Of a DNA stretch of 64,000 bases, positions 9,361 to 21,479 are shown piece after piece. The stretch spans positions 30,574-94,573 of the forward strand of contig CABZES010000003.1 of the NCBI GenBank assembly GCA_902524805.1. The letters are read 5' to 3'. How positions within the stretch are numbered: position 1 is the stretch's first letter; each line of letters starts with the position of its first letter. Source of the DNA: an uncultured SAR86 cluster bacterium. Lineage in GTDB: Bacteria; Pseudomonadota; Gammaproteobacteria; Magnimaribacterales; AG-339-G14. The notes beneath the pieces were generated by a model. The model had not been told where the DNA came from. It made no database searches and saw only the letters and a list, made by a program, of their open reading frames with translations. The position numbers and the translations under genes are program-made.

Positions 9361-10626
9361 ATGTTGTTTCTCTATAATTTTCTTACCTTTCTATATTTGC
9401 CAATCGCTGTAGCTAGACTCTTTTATAAAAAGAAATTTTCTATTGATGAATTTTATAGATTAAAGGAAAGGTTTGGGTTTTTTGATAATGATGAAGTGCT
9501 TCATAACAAGAAGATAATCTGGGTTCATGCAGTGTCTGTCGGCGAAGTAAATACATCTATAAATTTGATTAAAAGTTTAAAAAAAACTTTTCCTAATAAG
9601 AATATTCTTGTTACAACAACGACAGCGACAGGTTCAGCTATTTTAATGAAAAAATTTAAAGAGGGTATTTTTCATCAATATTTGCCGTTCGACATAATTT
9701 TTTTTATAGAAAAATTTTTAAACTACTGGAAGCCCGAGTGCTTAATCTTGATAGAAACCGAAATTTGGCCAAACTTGATTAATAATAGTTCAAAAAAGAA
9801 TATTCCAATAATTTTACTTAATGGGAGACTCTCGGATAAATCTTTGATGAACTACAAAAAAATAAGAAGTCTTTTTTCAAAAATTTTTATGAAATTGAAT
9901 CTGATTATTGCACAGTCAGAAAAAGATAAAAGAAATTTTTTAGAGATTGGAGCTAAACTGGATAAAGTCCACATTGATTCTTCTTTAAAGTTTGATGCTT
10001 TAGAGCAAAATACTTTAAAACCATCTTTTGATTTTGAAGAAAAATTTGTTAATCAAAAGAAAATAATTACTTGTGCCAGTACACATCCTCAAGAAGAAGA
10101 AATTCTTTATGAAAGTTTTAAAATTTTAAATGATAAATCCGCTCATCTAGTTCTTGTTCCTAGGCACCCAGAAAGAGCAAATTTCATAGGTAGCTTTTTA
10201 AAGAAAGAAAACGCCATTTTTTCTTTTCTTTTCAATGGCGAAAAGCTTATTTTAAATCTCGACAACGAAGTAACTATTGTTAATGAAATCGGCCATTTGA
10301 ATTATCTTTACTCAATTTCTGATTTAGCTTTTATAGGAGGGACATTGATAGAACATGGGGGTCAAAATTTTCTGGAACCACTTAAACATGGCATTCCTCT
10401 TAGTGCAGGGAGTAGTGTTTATAATTTTCAAGAAATTGCTGATCAATTATCTGAATTAAAATTACTTAAATATGGAAATACAGCAGAAGAAATTGCTTCT
10501 ATTTGGTATAAAGAACTTGCAAGCAATGATCCTCAACTCATAAAAGAGAGAAGTTTTAACTATATTGCTTCACACAAAGGCTCTTTGGAAAGATCAGTGG
10601 GAAAGATAAAAGAATTTATTTTATAA
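9361..10626 (+). CDS. waaA: 3-deoxy-D-manno-octulosonic acid (Kdo) transferase
   Basis: 421 aa with WVHAVSVGEV and the VPRHPER motif typical of KdtA/WaaA. Confidence 0.93.
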   Translation: MLFLYNFLTFLYLPIAVARLFYKKKFSIDEFYRLKERFGFFDNDEVLHNKKIIWVHAVSVGEVNTSINLIKSLKKTFPNKNILVTTTTATGSAILMKKFKEGIFHQYLPFDIIFFIEKFLNYWKPECLILIETEIWPNLINNSSKKNIPIILLNGRLSDKSLMNYKKIRSLFSKIFMKLNLIIAQSEKDKRNFLEIGAKLDKVHIDSSLKFDALEQNTLKPSFDFEEKFVNQKKIITCASTHPQEEEILYESFKILNDKSAHLVLVPRHPERANFIGSFLKKENAIFSFLFNGEKLILNLDNEVTIVNEIGHLNYLYSISDLAFIGGTLIEHGGQNFLEPLKHGIPLSAGSSVYNFQEIADQLSELKLLKYGNTAEEIASIWYKELASNDPQLIKERSFNYIASHKGSLERSVGKIKEFIL

Positions 10627-10689
10627 CTTCAAATCTTTGAATGCGTCTTAAATTAGGAGTAACATATCGAATCCCCCAGTAATTATTAA

Positions 10690-12663
<1,974 letters not shown>

Positions 12664-12747
12664 AATTCTCTCCCTAAAAGCTTATTAAAATCGTTTTTTA
12701 ATTCTAAGTTATCATTTAACCTATTTAGAACTCAAGATAAATTAATT

Positions 12748-13668
12748 GTGAATATTGTTAAACCAATCATTTCAATAATGGGCCCAACAAACACAGGAAA
12801 AACTTCCTTGGCCATTAGTCTTGCTGAAAAGCTAGACGCTGAGATTATTTCAGTTGATTCGGTTCAGATCTATAAGTACGCTGATATAGGTAGCAATAAA
12901 TTAAAGCCAAATCTGTTAAAAGATCATCCTCACCATTTAATCAATTCGATTGAGCCGCAAGATTCTTATTCAGTTGGAAACTTTAGGAATGATGCTATAA
13001 AAACAATAAATACATTAGATGAAAAAAACAAAAATATCATTCTGGTTGGAGGGACGATGATGTATTTCAATTCTTTATTCAAAGGCATTTCCGACTTGCC
13101 AGAAAATGACTTAGAAATAAGGCGACAACTTGATGCAGAAGAAAAGAAATATGGCATAAATTTTTTATATCAAAGACTTAAGAAGATTGACGAAGAATCG
13201 GCTCTTAAAATTCATAAAAACGATCAACAAAGGATCAAAAGATCATTAGAGGTCTTTATCAAAACAGGAGAGACTCACAGCAAATTAAAGAAAAAAATTG
13301 CATTCAACCCTCTTGAAAACAGAAATTTTTTAAATTTTGCAATTGTTCCGGAAGATAAAAAACTTTTTAAAAAAAATTTAAATGCAAGATTTCAAATGAT
13401 GTTAGACCAAGGCTTGGTAGAAGAAACAAAATTTCTTATCGAAAAGTTTTCAAAAAACGTAAAATTATTGAGCTCAGTTGGCTACAAGCAAGTAGTGGAA
13501 TATCTTGAAGAGAAAACTTCTCTTGAAGAGATGATTGAGAAAGCAACTAACGCAAACTATCAGCTTTCTAAAAGACAAATAACTTGGTTAAAAAAATTTA
13601 AAATCACAGAAACTTTTTCGACCAATCAATCGAATATGGTTATAAAAATTCTAAATTATTTAGAATAG
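12748..13668 (+). CDS. miaA: tRNA dimethylallyltransferase
   Basis: P-loop GPTNTGKT and DSVQIYK. I prefer the in-frame GTG at 12748. The track ATG at 12652 adds 32 non-conserved residues and overlaps the divergent gene start. Confidence 0.9.
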   Translation: MNIVKPIISIMGPTNTGKTSLAISLAEKLDAEIISVDSVQIYKYADIGSNKLKPNLLKDHPHHLINSIEPQDSYSVGNFRNDAIKTINTLDEKNKNIILVGGTMMYFNSLFKGISDLPENDLEIRRQLDAEEKKYGINFLYQRLKKIDEESALKIHKNDQQRIKRSLEVFIKTGETHSKLKKKIAFNPLENRNFLNFAIVPEDKKLFKKNLNARFQMMLDQGLVEETKFLIEKFSKNVKLLSSVGYKQVVEYLEEKTSLEEMIEKATNANYQLSKRQITWLKKFKITETFSTNQSNMVIKILNYLE

Positions 13669-13708
13669 TTAAGTTCCATTATCATGACGAAACACATAGA
13701 ATACCCTC

Positions 13709-14854
13709 ATGTCTTGGAATGATAATGGCAATAATGGCTCTAGAGACCCTTGGGGAAACAAAAATGATGGCCCCGATATTGATGAAGCCATAAAAAAATT
13801 CAAATCTTTAGTCGGCTCTTTTATGGGCGGCAAGGGCGGTGGGAGCGAATCATCTGGTGGTTCACCTTCTTTTAAAAAAATATTACCAACAGCCTTGGTG
13901 GTGATAATCGTTCTTTATTCGGCTCTAGGAATTTACACAGTCGATGCACAAGAAGAGGCAGTGGTTCTAAGATTCGGAACCTATTCAACTACCAAAGGAC
14001 CGGGTATACATTGGAACCCTCCATTTATCGATAACAGATTCATTGTGAATACTGAAAAATTATTCACTCATACCACCAACTCTTCGATACTAACGAAAGA
14101 TGAAAATATAGTTAATGTTGAAACCGCAGTTCAATACAAAAGATCTAATCCTGTCTTTTATTTATTAGAAGCAGCATCACCAGAAGACAGTATTGCTCAA
14201 GCTTCTGAATCGGCACTAAGACATGTTGTTGGAAGCAATTCAATGGATAATGTTTTAACTACTGGAAGGGAGCAAATCGCTATTGATGTCAGAAAAAGAT
14301 TACAAGAAAGACTTGATGCTTATTACACCGGAATAGAAGTTGTTACTGTAAGCATAAGAGAGTCGAGACCTCCGGATGCAGTAAAAGAAGCTTTCGATGA
14401 CGTGGTGAAGGCTAGGGAAGATGAGGTCACTCTAAGAAATGAAGCAGAAACTTATGCAAACGAAGTTGTTCCAATAGCTCGTGGTGCCGCAAAAAGAGCG
14501 ATTCAAGATGCTGAAGGTTATAAAGCGAAAGTTATAGCTGAGGCAGAAGGAGAAGCAACAAGATTTGATCAATTACTTAGCGAATATTCCAAAGCTCCTG
14601 ATGTTACTAGAAAGCGTTTATATATCGATGCTGTGCAGTCAGTGATGTCGAATAGTACAAAAGTTATGATAGATGTAAAAGACGGAAATAATATTATGAT
14701 GTTACCTCTTGATCAGGTGGCTGCAGCATCAATAGCAAGAAGCAACCAAAATTCTGAAGTACAAAATGATTCAAATGCTTTGTCCGGTAATGCCATTCAA
14801 AATTTGACGGATCAGGTAATCGAAGAAATTAGAAAAAGACAGGAGAGAAGATAA
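13709..14854 (+). CDS. hflK: FtsH protease modulator HflK (SPFH/band-7)
   Basis: N-terminus MSWNDNGNNGSRDPWG...GPDIDE, one TM segment, SPFH domain, followed by hflC. Confidence 0.93.
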   Translation: MSWNDNGNNGSRDPWGNKNDGPDIDEAIKKFKSLVGSFMGGKGGGSESSGGSPSFKKILPTALVVIIVLYSALGIYTVDAQEEAVVLRFGTYSTTKGPGIHWNPPFIDNRFIVNTEKLFTHTTNSSILTKDENIVNVETAVQYKRSNPVFYLLEAASPEDSIAQASESALRHVVGSNSMDNVLTTGREQIAIDVRKRLQERLDAYYTGIEVVTVSIRESRPPDAVKEAFDDVVKAREDEVTLRNEAETYANEVVPIARGAAKRAIQDAEGYKAKVIAEAEGEATRFDQLLSEYSKAPDVTRKRLYIDAVQSVMSNSTKVMIDVKDGNNIMMLPLDQVAAASIARSNQNSEVQNDSNALSGNAIQNLTDQVIEEIRKRQERR

Positions 14855-14855
14855 G

Positions 14856-15743
14856 ATGAAATCTTTTGGAATAGGATTTGTAATCGCTATTTTAGCTTTG
14901 ATAGTTCTATTGGCTAACAGCCTTTACATTGTCACAGATAAACAAACTGCTATTCTTCTCAGATTTGGAGAAATAATAGATCCAAAAATTGAATCGGGCC
15001 TACATTTTAAAATACCCATTCTTAACACAGTAAGAAAATTCGATTCCAGAGTTTTAACTTTAGATGCAATCCCACAACCTTACTTCACAGAAGAGAAGAA
15101 AAGATTAATAGTTGATGCATTTGTTAAGTGGAGAATCAGTGATAACGAACAATTTTATATTACTTCGTCGGGCGGTCAGCTCAGCGCTTTGAGAACGCTT
15201 TTAACTCAAAGGGTAGATGAGGGTCTTAGGAACCAATTCGGTAAAAGAACAGTCCAAGACGTAATCTCTGGTGAAAGAGACCAATTGATGAATGCACTAA
15301 CAGCAGATTTAAACACAGTAGCAAATGCTGAATTAGGCGTAGAAGTTATTGACGTAAGAGTTAAAAAAATTGAACTACCTTCGGAAGTTAATGATTCTGT
15401 ATACAATCGTATGAGAACTGAAAGAGAAAGACTCGCACAAGAATTAAGAGCCGAAGGAAATGAAATAGCAGAAGAAATTAGAGCGAACGCTGATAAAGAA
15501 AGGACTGTTATTCTTGCCGATGCTTATAAGACTGCCGAAATTATTAAAGGTGAGGGCGATGCAGAAGCGACAAGCACTTATGCAAAAGCTTTTAACAAAG
15601 ATCCAGAATTCTATGAATTTACTAGAAGTTTATCTGCTTATCAGTCTACTTTTGAAAACAAGTCGGACGTCTTGCTTATAGATCCTGAGAGTGACTTTTT
15701 TAAATATCTTGATAGCTCCTTCGGTACTTCTACTAGCGAATAA
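14856..15743 (+). CDS. hflC: FtsH protease modulator HflC (SPFH/band-7)
   Basis: 295 aa. N-terminal TM segment plus SPFH domain; starts 1 nt after hflK. Confidence 0.93.
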   Translation: MKSFGIGFVIAILALIVLLANSLYIVTDKQTAILLRFGEIIDPKIESGLHFKIPILNTVRKFDSRVLTLDAIPQPYFTEEKKRLIVDAFVKWRISDNEQFYITSSGGQLSALRTLLTQRVDEGLRNQFGKRTVQDVISGERDQLMNALTADLNTVANAELGVEVIDVRVKKIELPSEVNDSVYNRMRTERERLAQELRAEGNEIAEEIRANADKERTVILADAYKTAEIIKGEGDAEATSTYAKAFNKDPEFYEFTRSLSAYQSTFENKSDVLLIDPESDFFKYLDSSFGTSTSE

Positions 15744-15745
15744 TC

Positions 15746-16702
15746 ATGACATCTGGTTCCTTTAATCTTCCTGGTGGAGTGGAAGATATACTTTCGGAGC
15801 GAGCACTTGAACTAGAAAATCTTCGAAGATCTCTAATTGATTTTTATTCCCAAAAAGGATTTTGTCTAGTTTATCCATCGATTATCGAATTTGCTGATGC
15901 TATTGGAGGCGAAGTAAATTCTGAATTAAAAAAAAGAGCGTATACATTTTCAGATGATTCTTCTTCAAATGAAATTGCTATAAGACCTGACATTTCTCAA
16001 CAAATAGCTCGAATAGATCAAACAAATAATTCGGAAAAAGTAAAAAAATATTGCTACTCAGGAGAAGTAATCAAGAAAAGAAAAGATTCTTTTGCCAAAT
16101 CAATTTTGGCCATTAAATCCGGAATAGAAATATTTGGTTCAGAAAACTCAGAACAGGAAGTAATAGACTTATTAATTGAAAGTCTAAAAATTAGTGGGTT
16201 AACCAACGTATGTCTGTCAATGGGAAGAACAGAAATTCTCGATGAGATAATTTCAAATGAGACATTATCAAATTCTAAAGAAAGGGAATTAAGAGAAATT
16301 ACTTCTAATAAATCTGAATCTAATTTAATTGCTTGGTCTAAAGAAAATAAATTAAGCAAAAACGCTACAGAAAAAATTATAATTCTTATGCAATGTTATG
16401 GGGATTCTCAGTGTCTTGACGAAGTTATTAATTTTAGCAAACTTGCTAAAGATTCTGTGGATAGCTTAAAAAAAATTACTGAAAATATTGCCTTTGAAAA
16501 TATTCATTTTGATATGACAGATTTCCCTGGGTTTAATTACCACAAAGGGTTAGTCTTCTCTGCTCACGTAAAGAACTTTGGTTTTGCGATTGCAAATGGC
16601 GGGCAGTATTCTTATCAAAAAATAGAAGGAGAGAAAAGACTGGCCATTGGGTTTGATATTGACCTAATTTCTTTATTAAATATTCAAGAGAACTTTAAAT
16701 GA
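15746..16702 (+). CDS. hisZ: ATP phosphoribosyltransferase regulatory subunit (class II aaRS-like)
   Basis: 318 aa. N-terminal LPGGVEDILSERA...GFCLVYPSIIEF pattern, in the Pseudomonas-type position between hflC and purA. Confidence 0.8.
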   Translation: MTSGSFNLPGGVEDILSERALELENLRRSLIDFYSQKGFCLVYPSIIEFADAIGGEVNSELKKRAYTFSDDSSSNEIAIRPDISQQIARIDQTNNSEKVKKYCYSGEVIKKRKDSFAKSILAIKSGIEIFGSENSEQEVIDLLIESLKISGLTNVCLSMGRTEILDEIISNETLSNSKERELREITSNKSESNLIAWSKENKLSKNATEKIIILMQCYGDSQCLDEVINFSKLAKDSVDSLKKITENIAFENIHFDMTDFPGFNYHKGLVFSAHVKNFGFAIANGGQYSYQKIEGEKRLAIGFDIDLISLLNIQENFK

Positions 16703-17985
16703 AAGCTGAAAATCTTGCCGTTTTAGGATTGCAATGGGGAGATGAAGGAAAAGGTAAAATCGTAAATTTCCTCGCTGATCGTACAAGCGCTGCATGCAGA
16801 TATCAGGGAGGTCATAACGCAGGTCATACTTTGATAGTTGATGGCAAAAAACTTGTTCTACATCTTCTCCCTTCATCTATTTGTCATGAAAAAGCTAGTT
16901 CTTTAATAGGTCGAGGAGTAGTAGTTTCATGTGAAGCTTTGTTTGAAGAAATAAAAGAAATCGAACCTTATGCGAATGGCATCACCGAAAGACTTAAAAT
17001 TAGCCCTGCTTGCACTTTAATCCAGCCATATCATATTCTTCTAGATCAGCTGAAGGAAAAGTCTAATAGTTTCACTACAATTGGAACTACTCTTCGAGGC
17101 ATTGGCCCAGCCTATGAAGATAAGGTAAGCAGAAAAGCCGTTAGAATCATAGATACGCTTAATGAGTCAAAATTAAATTCTAAATTAGAGGAAACACTTT
17201 CTTATTATAATTTTCTATTTAAAGCATATTTTGGTGAAAAGGAATTAACCTTCAATGAAATCAAAGACAAAAATCTTGAATATGGAATTAAACTAAAGCC
17301 TTTGTTAGCTGATATTTCCAGTGAAATATTATCTATGAATCAAGTAAATAAGAGAGTGCTTTTTGAAGGAGCCCAAGGCGCTTTGTTAGATGTGGATCAA
17401 GGCACTTATCCATTTGTAACTTCCAGTAATTGTTCACCCGCCGGTATTGCTTCAGGAGCAGGTTGCGGTCCGCTGGACGTCGGTTACATTTTAGGAGTGG
17501 TCAAAGCTTATGTTACAAGAGTAGGCGAAGGTCCATTGCCCACCGAAATTAAAGGGAGTCTAGGAAAAGAAATTGCTAAAAAAGGTGGAGAAGTAGGCGC
17601 CACTACAGGAAGGCCAAGAAGGTGTGGTTGGTTTGACGCGGTAAGTGTCAAAAGAATTATTCAGTCGAATAGCGTCTCAGCTTTATGTCTGACAAAGATA
17701 GATGTACTAGACTGTTTTGAAAGTATAAAAATTTGTACAGAGTACGAAGAGGACGATGACCAGAAAGCATTTGCCGAATGTATGGAATTAGACAACGTAA
17801 ACCCAAAGTATATAGAGTGTGAGGGGTGGTCTGAACCAACTGCAGGTATAGATGATTATGAAAAAATTCCTGAAAATGCAAAAAAATTTGTAAAAAAAAT
17901 CGAAGAGATTTGCGGAGTGCCAATAGACATTATTTCGACTGGCCCTGACGATGCTAGTACAATTTTATTGAATAGAGAAATTTAA
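16699..17985 (+). CDS. purA: adenylosuccinate synthetase
   Basis: GLQWGDEGKGK P-loop and GTTLRGIGPAYEDK; ATGA overlap with hisZ. Confidence 0.96.
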   Translation: MKAENLAVLGLQWGDEGKGKIVNFLADRTSAACRYQGGHNAGHTLIVDGKKLVLHLLPSSICHEKASSLIGRGVVVSCEALFEEIKEIEPYANGITERLKISPACTLIQPYHILLDQLKEKSNSFTTIGTTLRGIGPAYEDKVSRKAVRIIDTLNESKLNSKLEETLSYYNFLFKAYFGEKELTFNEIKDKNLEYGIKLKPLLADISSEILSMNQVNKRVLFEGAQGALLDVDQGTYPFVTSSNCSPAGIASGAGCGPLDVGYILGVVKAYVTRVGEGPLPTEIKGSLGKEIAKKGGEVGATTGRPRRCGWFDAVSVKRIIQSNSVSALCLTKIDVLDCFESIKICTEYEEDDDQKAFAECMELDNVNPKYIECEGWSEPTAGIDDYEKIPENAKKFVKKIEEICGVPIDIISTGPDDASTILLNREI

Positions 17986-17987
17986 AA

Positions 17988-18383
17988 TTAGTTAGCTACC
18001 TTATCTAAAAGAGCATTGACGAATTTATGACTTGAATCCTGTCCAAATCTTTTTGCAAGTCTTATTGCTTCGCTGATAATTACTGGTTTATCCAGATTGC
18101 TATTTTTTATCTCATAAATAGCTTGTTTTAAAATGGCCAATTCTATTTTACTAATTTGGTCGATATTTATATTGGTATGTTTGTCTATTGTTGAATCAAT
18201 ATCTAAGATATTTTGTTTTATCTCTTTAAGGTAAGTCTCAAAATTTTTTAAATTTAGATTTCTATAATTTTGTTTAAATTGTTTTATCAAATTCGTATTT
18301 GATGAGCCAGTCATCTCCTTTTGATACAAAGCTTGCATCACTAATTCTCGCAGCTTTGCTGGAGAGGGAGTTTTCTTAACCAT
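17988..18383 (-). CDS. nusB: transcription antitermination factor NusB
   Basis: I place the start at MVKKTPSPAKLRELVMQALYQ (18383). The track start at 18404 adds 7 residues. Conserved ribH-nusB order. Confidence 0.9.
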   Translation of the reverse strand: MVKKTPSPAKLRELVMQALYQKEMTGSSNTNLIKQFKQNYRNLNLKNFETYLKEIKQNILDIDSTIDKHTNINIDQISKIELAILKQAIYEIKNSNLDKPVIISEAIRLAKRFGQDSSHKFVNALLDKVAN

Positions 18384-18837
18384 CAAACACAATATCCAAG
18401 ACACTGAGAGCGCTAAGAGCTAATTCTTTTCCTTTATAAGATGCTCGTTCTTTAGCTTGATCTATATTATTAGTTGTAAGCACCCCAAAAAGGATCGGTA
18501 TTTTGCCTCTTGTATTTGAAGCTAAAATTGAATCACTTATGGATTGAGAAATAATATCGAAGTGAGGAGTCTCGCCTTTGATAATTGCACCCATAGTAAT
18601 GATTGCATCAAAGTAGGGGCGCTCATAATTTAAATATTTATTTACAATATAGGGAATTTCATAAGCTCCGGGCACGGAAAGAACATGAGTGTTTACTTTA
18701 AATTCTTTAAGTGTTTCTAAACAATCTTGCACCATGGGCTCGATTATTTCTGCATTCCAATGCGTACTGATTATCACTATTTTTTTCTTTGAATAATCTT
18801 CACGATAAAGTTTTATATCTAATGATCTTTTTTTCAT
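18376..18837 (-). CDS. ribH: 6,7-dimethyl-8-ribityllumazine synthase
   Basis: 153 aa with VPGAYEIP and the TPHFD motif. Confidence 0.93.
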   Translation of the reverse strand: MKKRSLDIKLYREDYSKKKIVIISTHWNAEIIEPMVQDCLETLKEFKVNTHVLSVPGAYEIPYIVNKYLNYERPYFDAIITMGAIIKGETPHFDIISQSISDSILASNTRGKIPILFGVLTTNNIDQAKERASYKGKELALSALSVLDIVFDG

Positions 18838-19931
18838 TTTTGAATATATTTCGTAACTTCCAAACCAAAACCTGAAATAGATGGGTACCTAGTTTCAGAG
18901 CCCATTAGGATGAGTTTTTTAACCCCAAGGTCTCTCAGAATTTGAGAACCAGCTCCTATTCTTCTCACATCAATACCAACTTGTGATGAGTTTTTATAAG
19001 ATTTTTTTAATTGTTTAACTTCTTGAGGAATATCATCTTTGCTATGTCCGCCATCAATTAATATGATTAAACCCACCCCCGCTTTGCTAATTTTTTTCAT
19101 TGCATCGCTAAGTGACCACCTGGAGCCGAATTCATCAACTTTGAGCAGATCATGCATGACATTTGTTTGTTGGACTCTAACTAAAACAGGTTTAGATTTA
19201 GTAATTTTTCCTTTTTTGAAAACCACATGAGTTTCACCACTGATGGAATCTTTATAAAGAATTAACGAAAATTTTCCATATTCAGTATTAACGATCCTTT
19301 GTTCAATTTTTTCTACAGTGTGTTCGTTTATGATCCTATAATTTATAAGATCTGCGATGGTGCCAATTTTAAGGTTATGTTTCTTGCTGAAATCTAATAA
19401 ACCTTTTTTTCGAGCCATTGTTCCATCTTCATTCATCACTTCACATATAACTGCTGATTCAGTTAATCCAGCTAATCTACAAAGATCAGTACTTCCTTCA
19501 GTATGCCCAGCACGAGATAAAACTCCTCCAGGCAAGGCCTTGACAGGAAAAATATGTCCAGGAGAAACTATATCTTTAGCTTTAGCTCTAGCTTTAGAAG
19601 CAATAGCGACTGTTCTAGATCGATCTGCTGCAGAAATTCCTGTAGATATGCCAGAGGCCGCTTCAATTGAAACAGTAAAACCAGTGCCATGACCACTTTT
19701 GTTATCGCTTACCATTTGGTTAAGATTTAGGTCTGCACATTTTTTTTCACTCATCGCCAAACATATCAGCCCTCTGGCGTGTTTAGCCATAAAATTTATT
19801 TTTTCAGGAGTAACTTTTTCTCCTGCGAGAATAACGTCGCCTTCATTTTCCCTATCTTCGTCATCCATTAAAAGGACCATGTTGCCTCTTTTGATTTCAG
19901 ATATAAGTTCTTTAGTACTATTTAAATCCAT
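18834..19931 (-). CDS. ribB: 3,4-dihydroxy-2-butanone-4-phosphate synthase with degenerate C-terminal GTP-cyclohydrolase-II-like domain
   Basis: The N-terminal half carries [10 protein letters not shown] and GHTEGS. The C-terminal half aligns to RibA, but the zinc-binding Cys motif is replaced ([13 protein letters not shown], no Cys). Confidence 0.9.
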   Translation of the reverse strand: MDLNSTKELISEIKRGNMVLLMDDEDRENEGDVILAGEKVTPEKINFMAKHARGLICLAMSEKKCADLNLNQMVSDNKSGHGTGFTVSIEAASGISTGISAADRSRTVAIASKARAKAKDIVSPGHIFPVKALPGGVLSRAGHTEGSTDLCRLAGLTESAVICEVMNEDGTMARKKGLLDFSKKHNLKIGTIADLINYRIINEHTVEKIEQRIVNTEYGKFSLILYKDSISGETHVVFKKGKITKSKPVLVRVQQTNVMHDLLKVDEFGSRWSLSDAMKKISKAGVGLIILIDGGHSKDDIPQEVKQLKKSYKNSSQVGIDVRRIGAGSQILRDLGVKKLILMGSETRYPSISGFGLEVTKYIQK

Positions 19932-19936
19932 GTTTT

Positions 19937-21034
19937 TTAAATTCTTTTAAAAATAAGTTTTTTATCGTCTTTTATTTTTTCTTCGTCAGTCAATTCAAAA
20001 AAACTTGAATTGAACGGAGATTTATCTTTGTCCCCATTAAAAAAAGATAAAGCCGTATTTGATAGTATCTTTGGAGCAATGTAAATGATGAACTCATCAA
20101 TTAAATCTTCATTTATAAAGGATGTTATTAGAGATGGACCTGCTTCAAGAAGTACATCGTTGTATTCCAACGAATTTATCTTCGTCAAAAGTTTTTTTAA
20201 ATTTATTTTATTATTTTCTAAATGGTCAATTTCAACAATAGAAACATTATTATCATTCTTAAAGTTTTCATGCTTATCTTTTTTATTACAGAAAATTATC
20301 TTTTTTCCTTCAGCAGTGAAGAAATTTAAGCTTGGCTCGATAGACGAAGACGTAATTAAGCCCTTCGTAGGTTGAGAAAAGCCTTTTAAATTAACAAGTT
20401 CTTTATTTCTGACGTTTAAATAGGGGTCATCAGTTAAGACAGTTCCAGAGCCGGTTAGAATTAAATCTGATAAAGCTCTATATTTTTGACCATCCTCTCT
20501 TGATTCTACTGACGTAATCCATTTCAGATCATTTTTTTTAAACGCAATTTTTTGATCTTCCGACATAGCAATCTTTGCTCTTACATAAGGCCTTTTATTT
20601 AAAAGACTACTAAAAAAACCTTTATTTAATTCATCAGATATTTCTTCAATCTCGACTTCTATTCCAGCAGCTTTAAGTTTCTTGATGCTAGATTGAGATG
20701 GGTCTAAAGAGCCAATAATGACCTTTTTAAAATTGTATTTAAGAATTTCATCTAAGCAAGGTGGAGTTTTCCCAAATTTGCTGCAAGGCTCGAGGGTCAC
20801 TGTGAGAGTGCTGTCCGATAAAAGCTCCATATAATTGTCTTTATTTGCTTCTTTAACCGATTCAATAGCTTTTATTTCTGCATGAGGAGCGCCAAAATAT
20901 TCATAATAGCCTTGTCCGAGAATTTTATTATTTTTTGAAATTACGCATCCCACGCAACACCCATTTTGTTTCGTGTATTGACCTTTTTTTGCTAGCTCTT
21001 GAGCCTCCAGCATGAAGGAAGAATTAGTCATCAC
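19937..21034 (-). CDS. ribD: bifunctional diaminohydroxyphosphoribosylaminopyrimidine deaminase / 5-amino-6-(5-phosphoribosylamino)uracil reductase
   Basis: Deaminase zinc motifs HAE and PCSKFGKTPPC, plus a C-terminal reductase domain. Confidence 0.93.
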   Translation of the reverse strand: MMTNSSFMLEAQELAKKGQYTKQNGCCVGCVISKNNKILGQGYYEYFGAPHAEIKAIESVKEANKDNYMELLSDSTLTVTLEPCSKFGKTPPCLDEILKYNFKKVIIGSLDPSQSSIKKLKAAGIEVEIEEISDELNKGFFSSLLNKRPYVRAKIAMSEDQKIAFKKNDLKWITSVESREDGQKYRALSDLILTGSGTVLTDDPYLNVRNKELVNLKGFSQPTKGLITSSSIEPSLNFFTAEGKKIIFCNKKDKHENFKNDNNVSIVEIDHLENNKINLKKLLTKINSLEYNDVLLEAGPSLITSFINEDLIDEFIIYIAPKILSNTALSFFNGDKDKSPFNSSFFELTDEEKIKDDKKLIFKRI

Positions 21035-21476
21035 TCAAGCGTTTAACTTCCTCACTGAATTCAAGCGGATCTTGAAAACTTCTATAGACGGAGGCAAATC
21101 TTACAAAGGCGACTTCGTCGATTTTTCTTAAGTTTTTCATAACCGTCTCACCAACTTTTTTAGATGGAACTTCTCGTTCTCCCATAGATCTTAGTTCTTT
21201 TTTAATTGTCTCTATTAAGGTTTGAAATGCTTCTTCGCTAACAGGTCTTTTTTCCAAAGATCTAGCTATGCCTTCTTTTAGCTTTATCTCATCAAAAGGA
21301 ACTCGTGAGTTGTCTTGTTTAATAATTTTCGGCATAACTAATTCAGCTAGTTCATAGGTCGTCCATCTTTCTTGGCATCTTAAGCACTCTCTTCTTCTAC
21401 GTATTTCATTACCATTAGCTATTAGGCGCGAATCAATTACTTTGCTTTCTTCAAAGGTGCAAAAAGGACAATGCAT
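21024..21476 (-). CDS. nrdR: transcriptional repressor NrdR
   Basis: MHCPFC...CLRC zinc ribbon plus an ATP-cone domain. Confidence 0.95.
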   Translation of the reverse strand: MHCPFCTFEESKVIDSRLIANGNEIRRRRECLRCQERWTTYELAELVMPKIIKQDNSRVPFDEIKLKEGIARSLEKRPVSEEAFQTLIETIKKELRSMGEREVPSKKVGETVMKNLRKIDEVAFVRFASVYRSFQDPLEFSEEVKRLSDD

Positions 21477-21479
21477 GAT

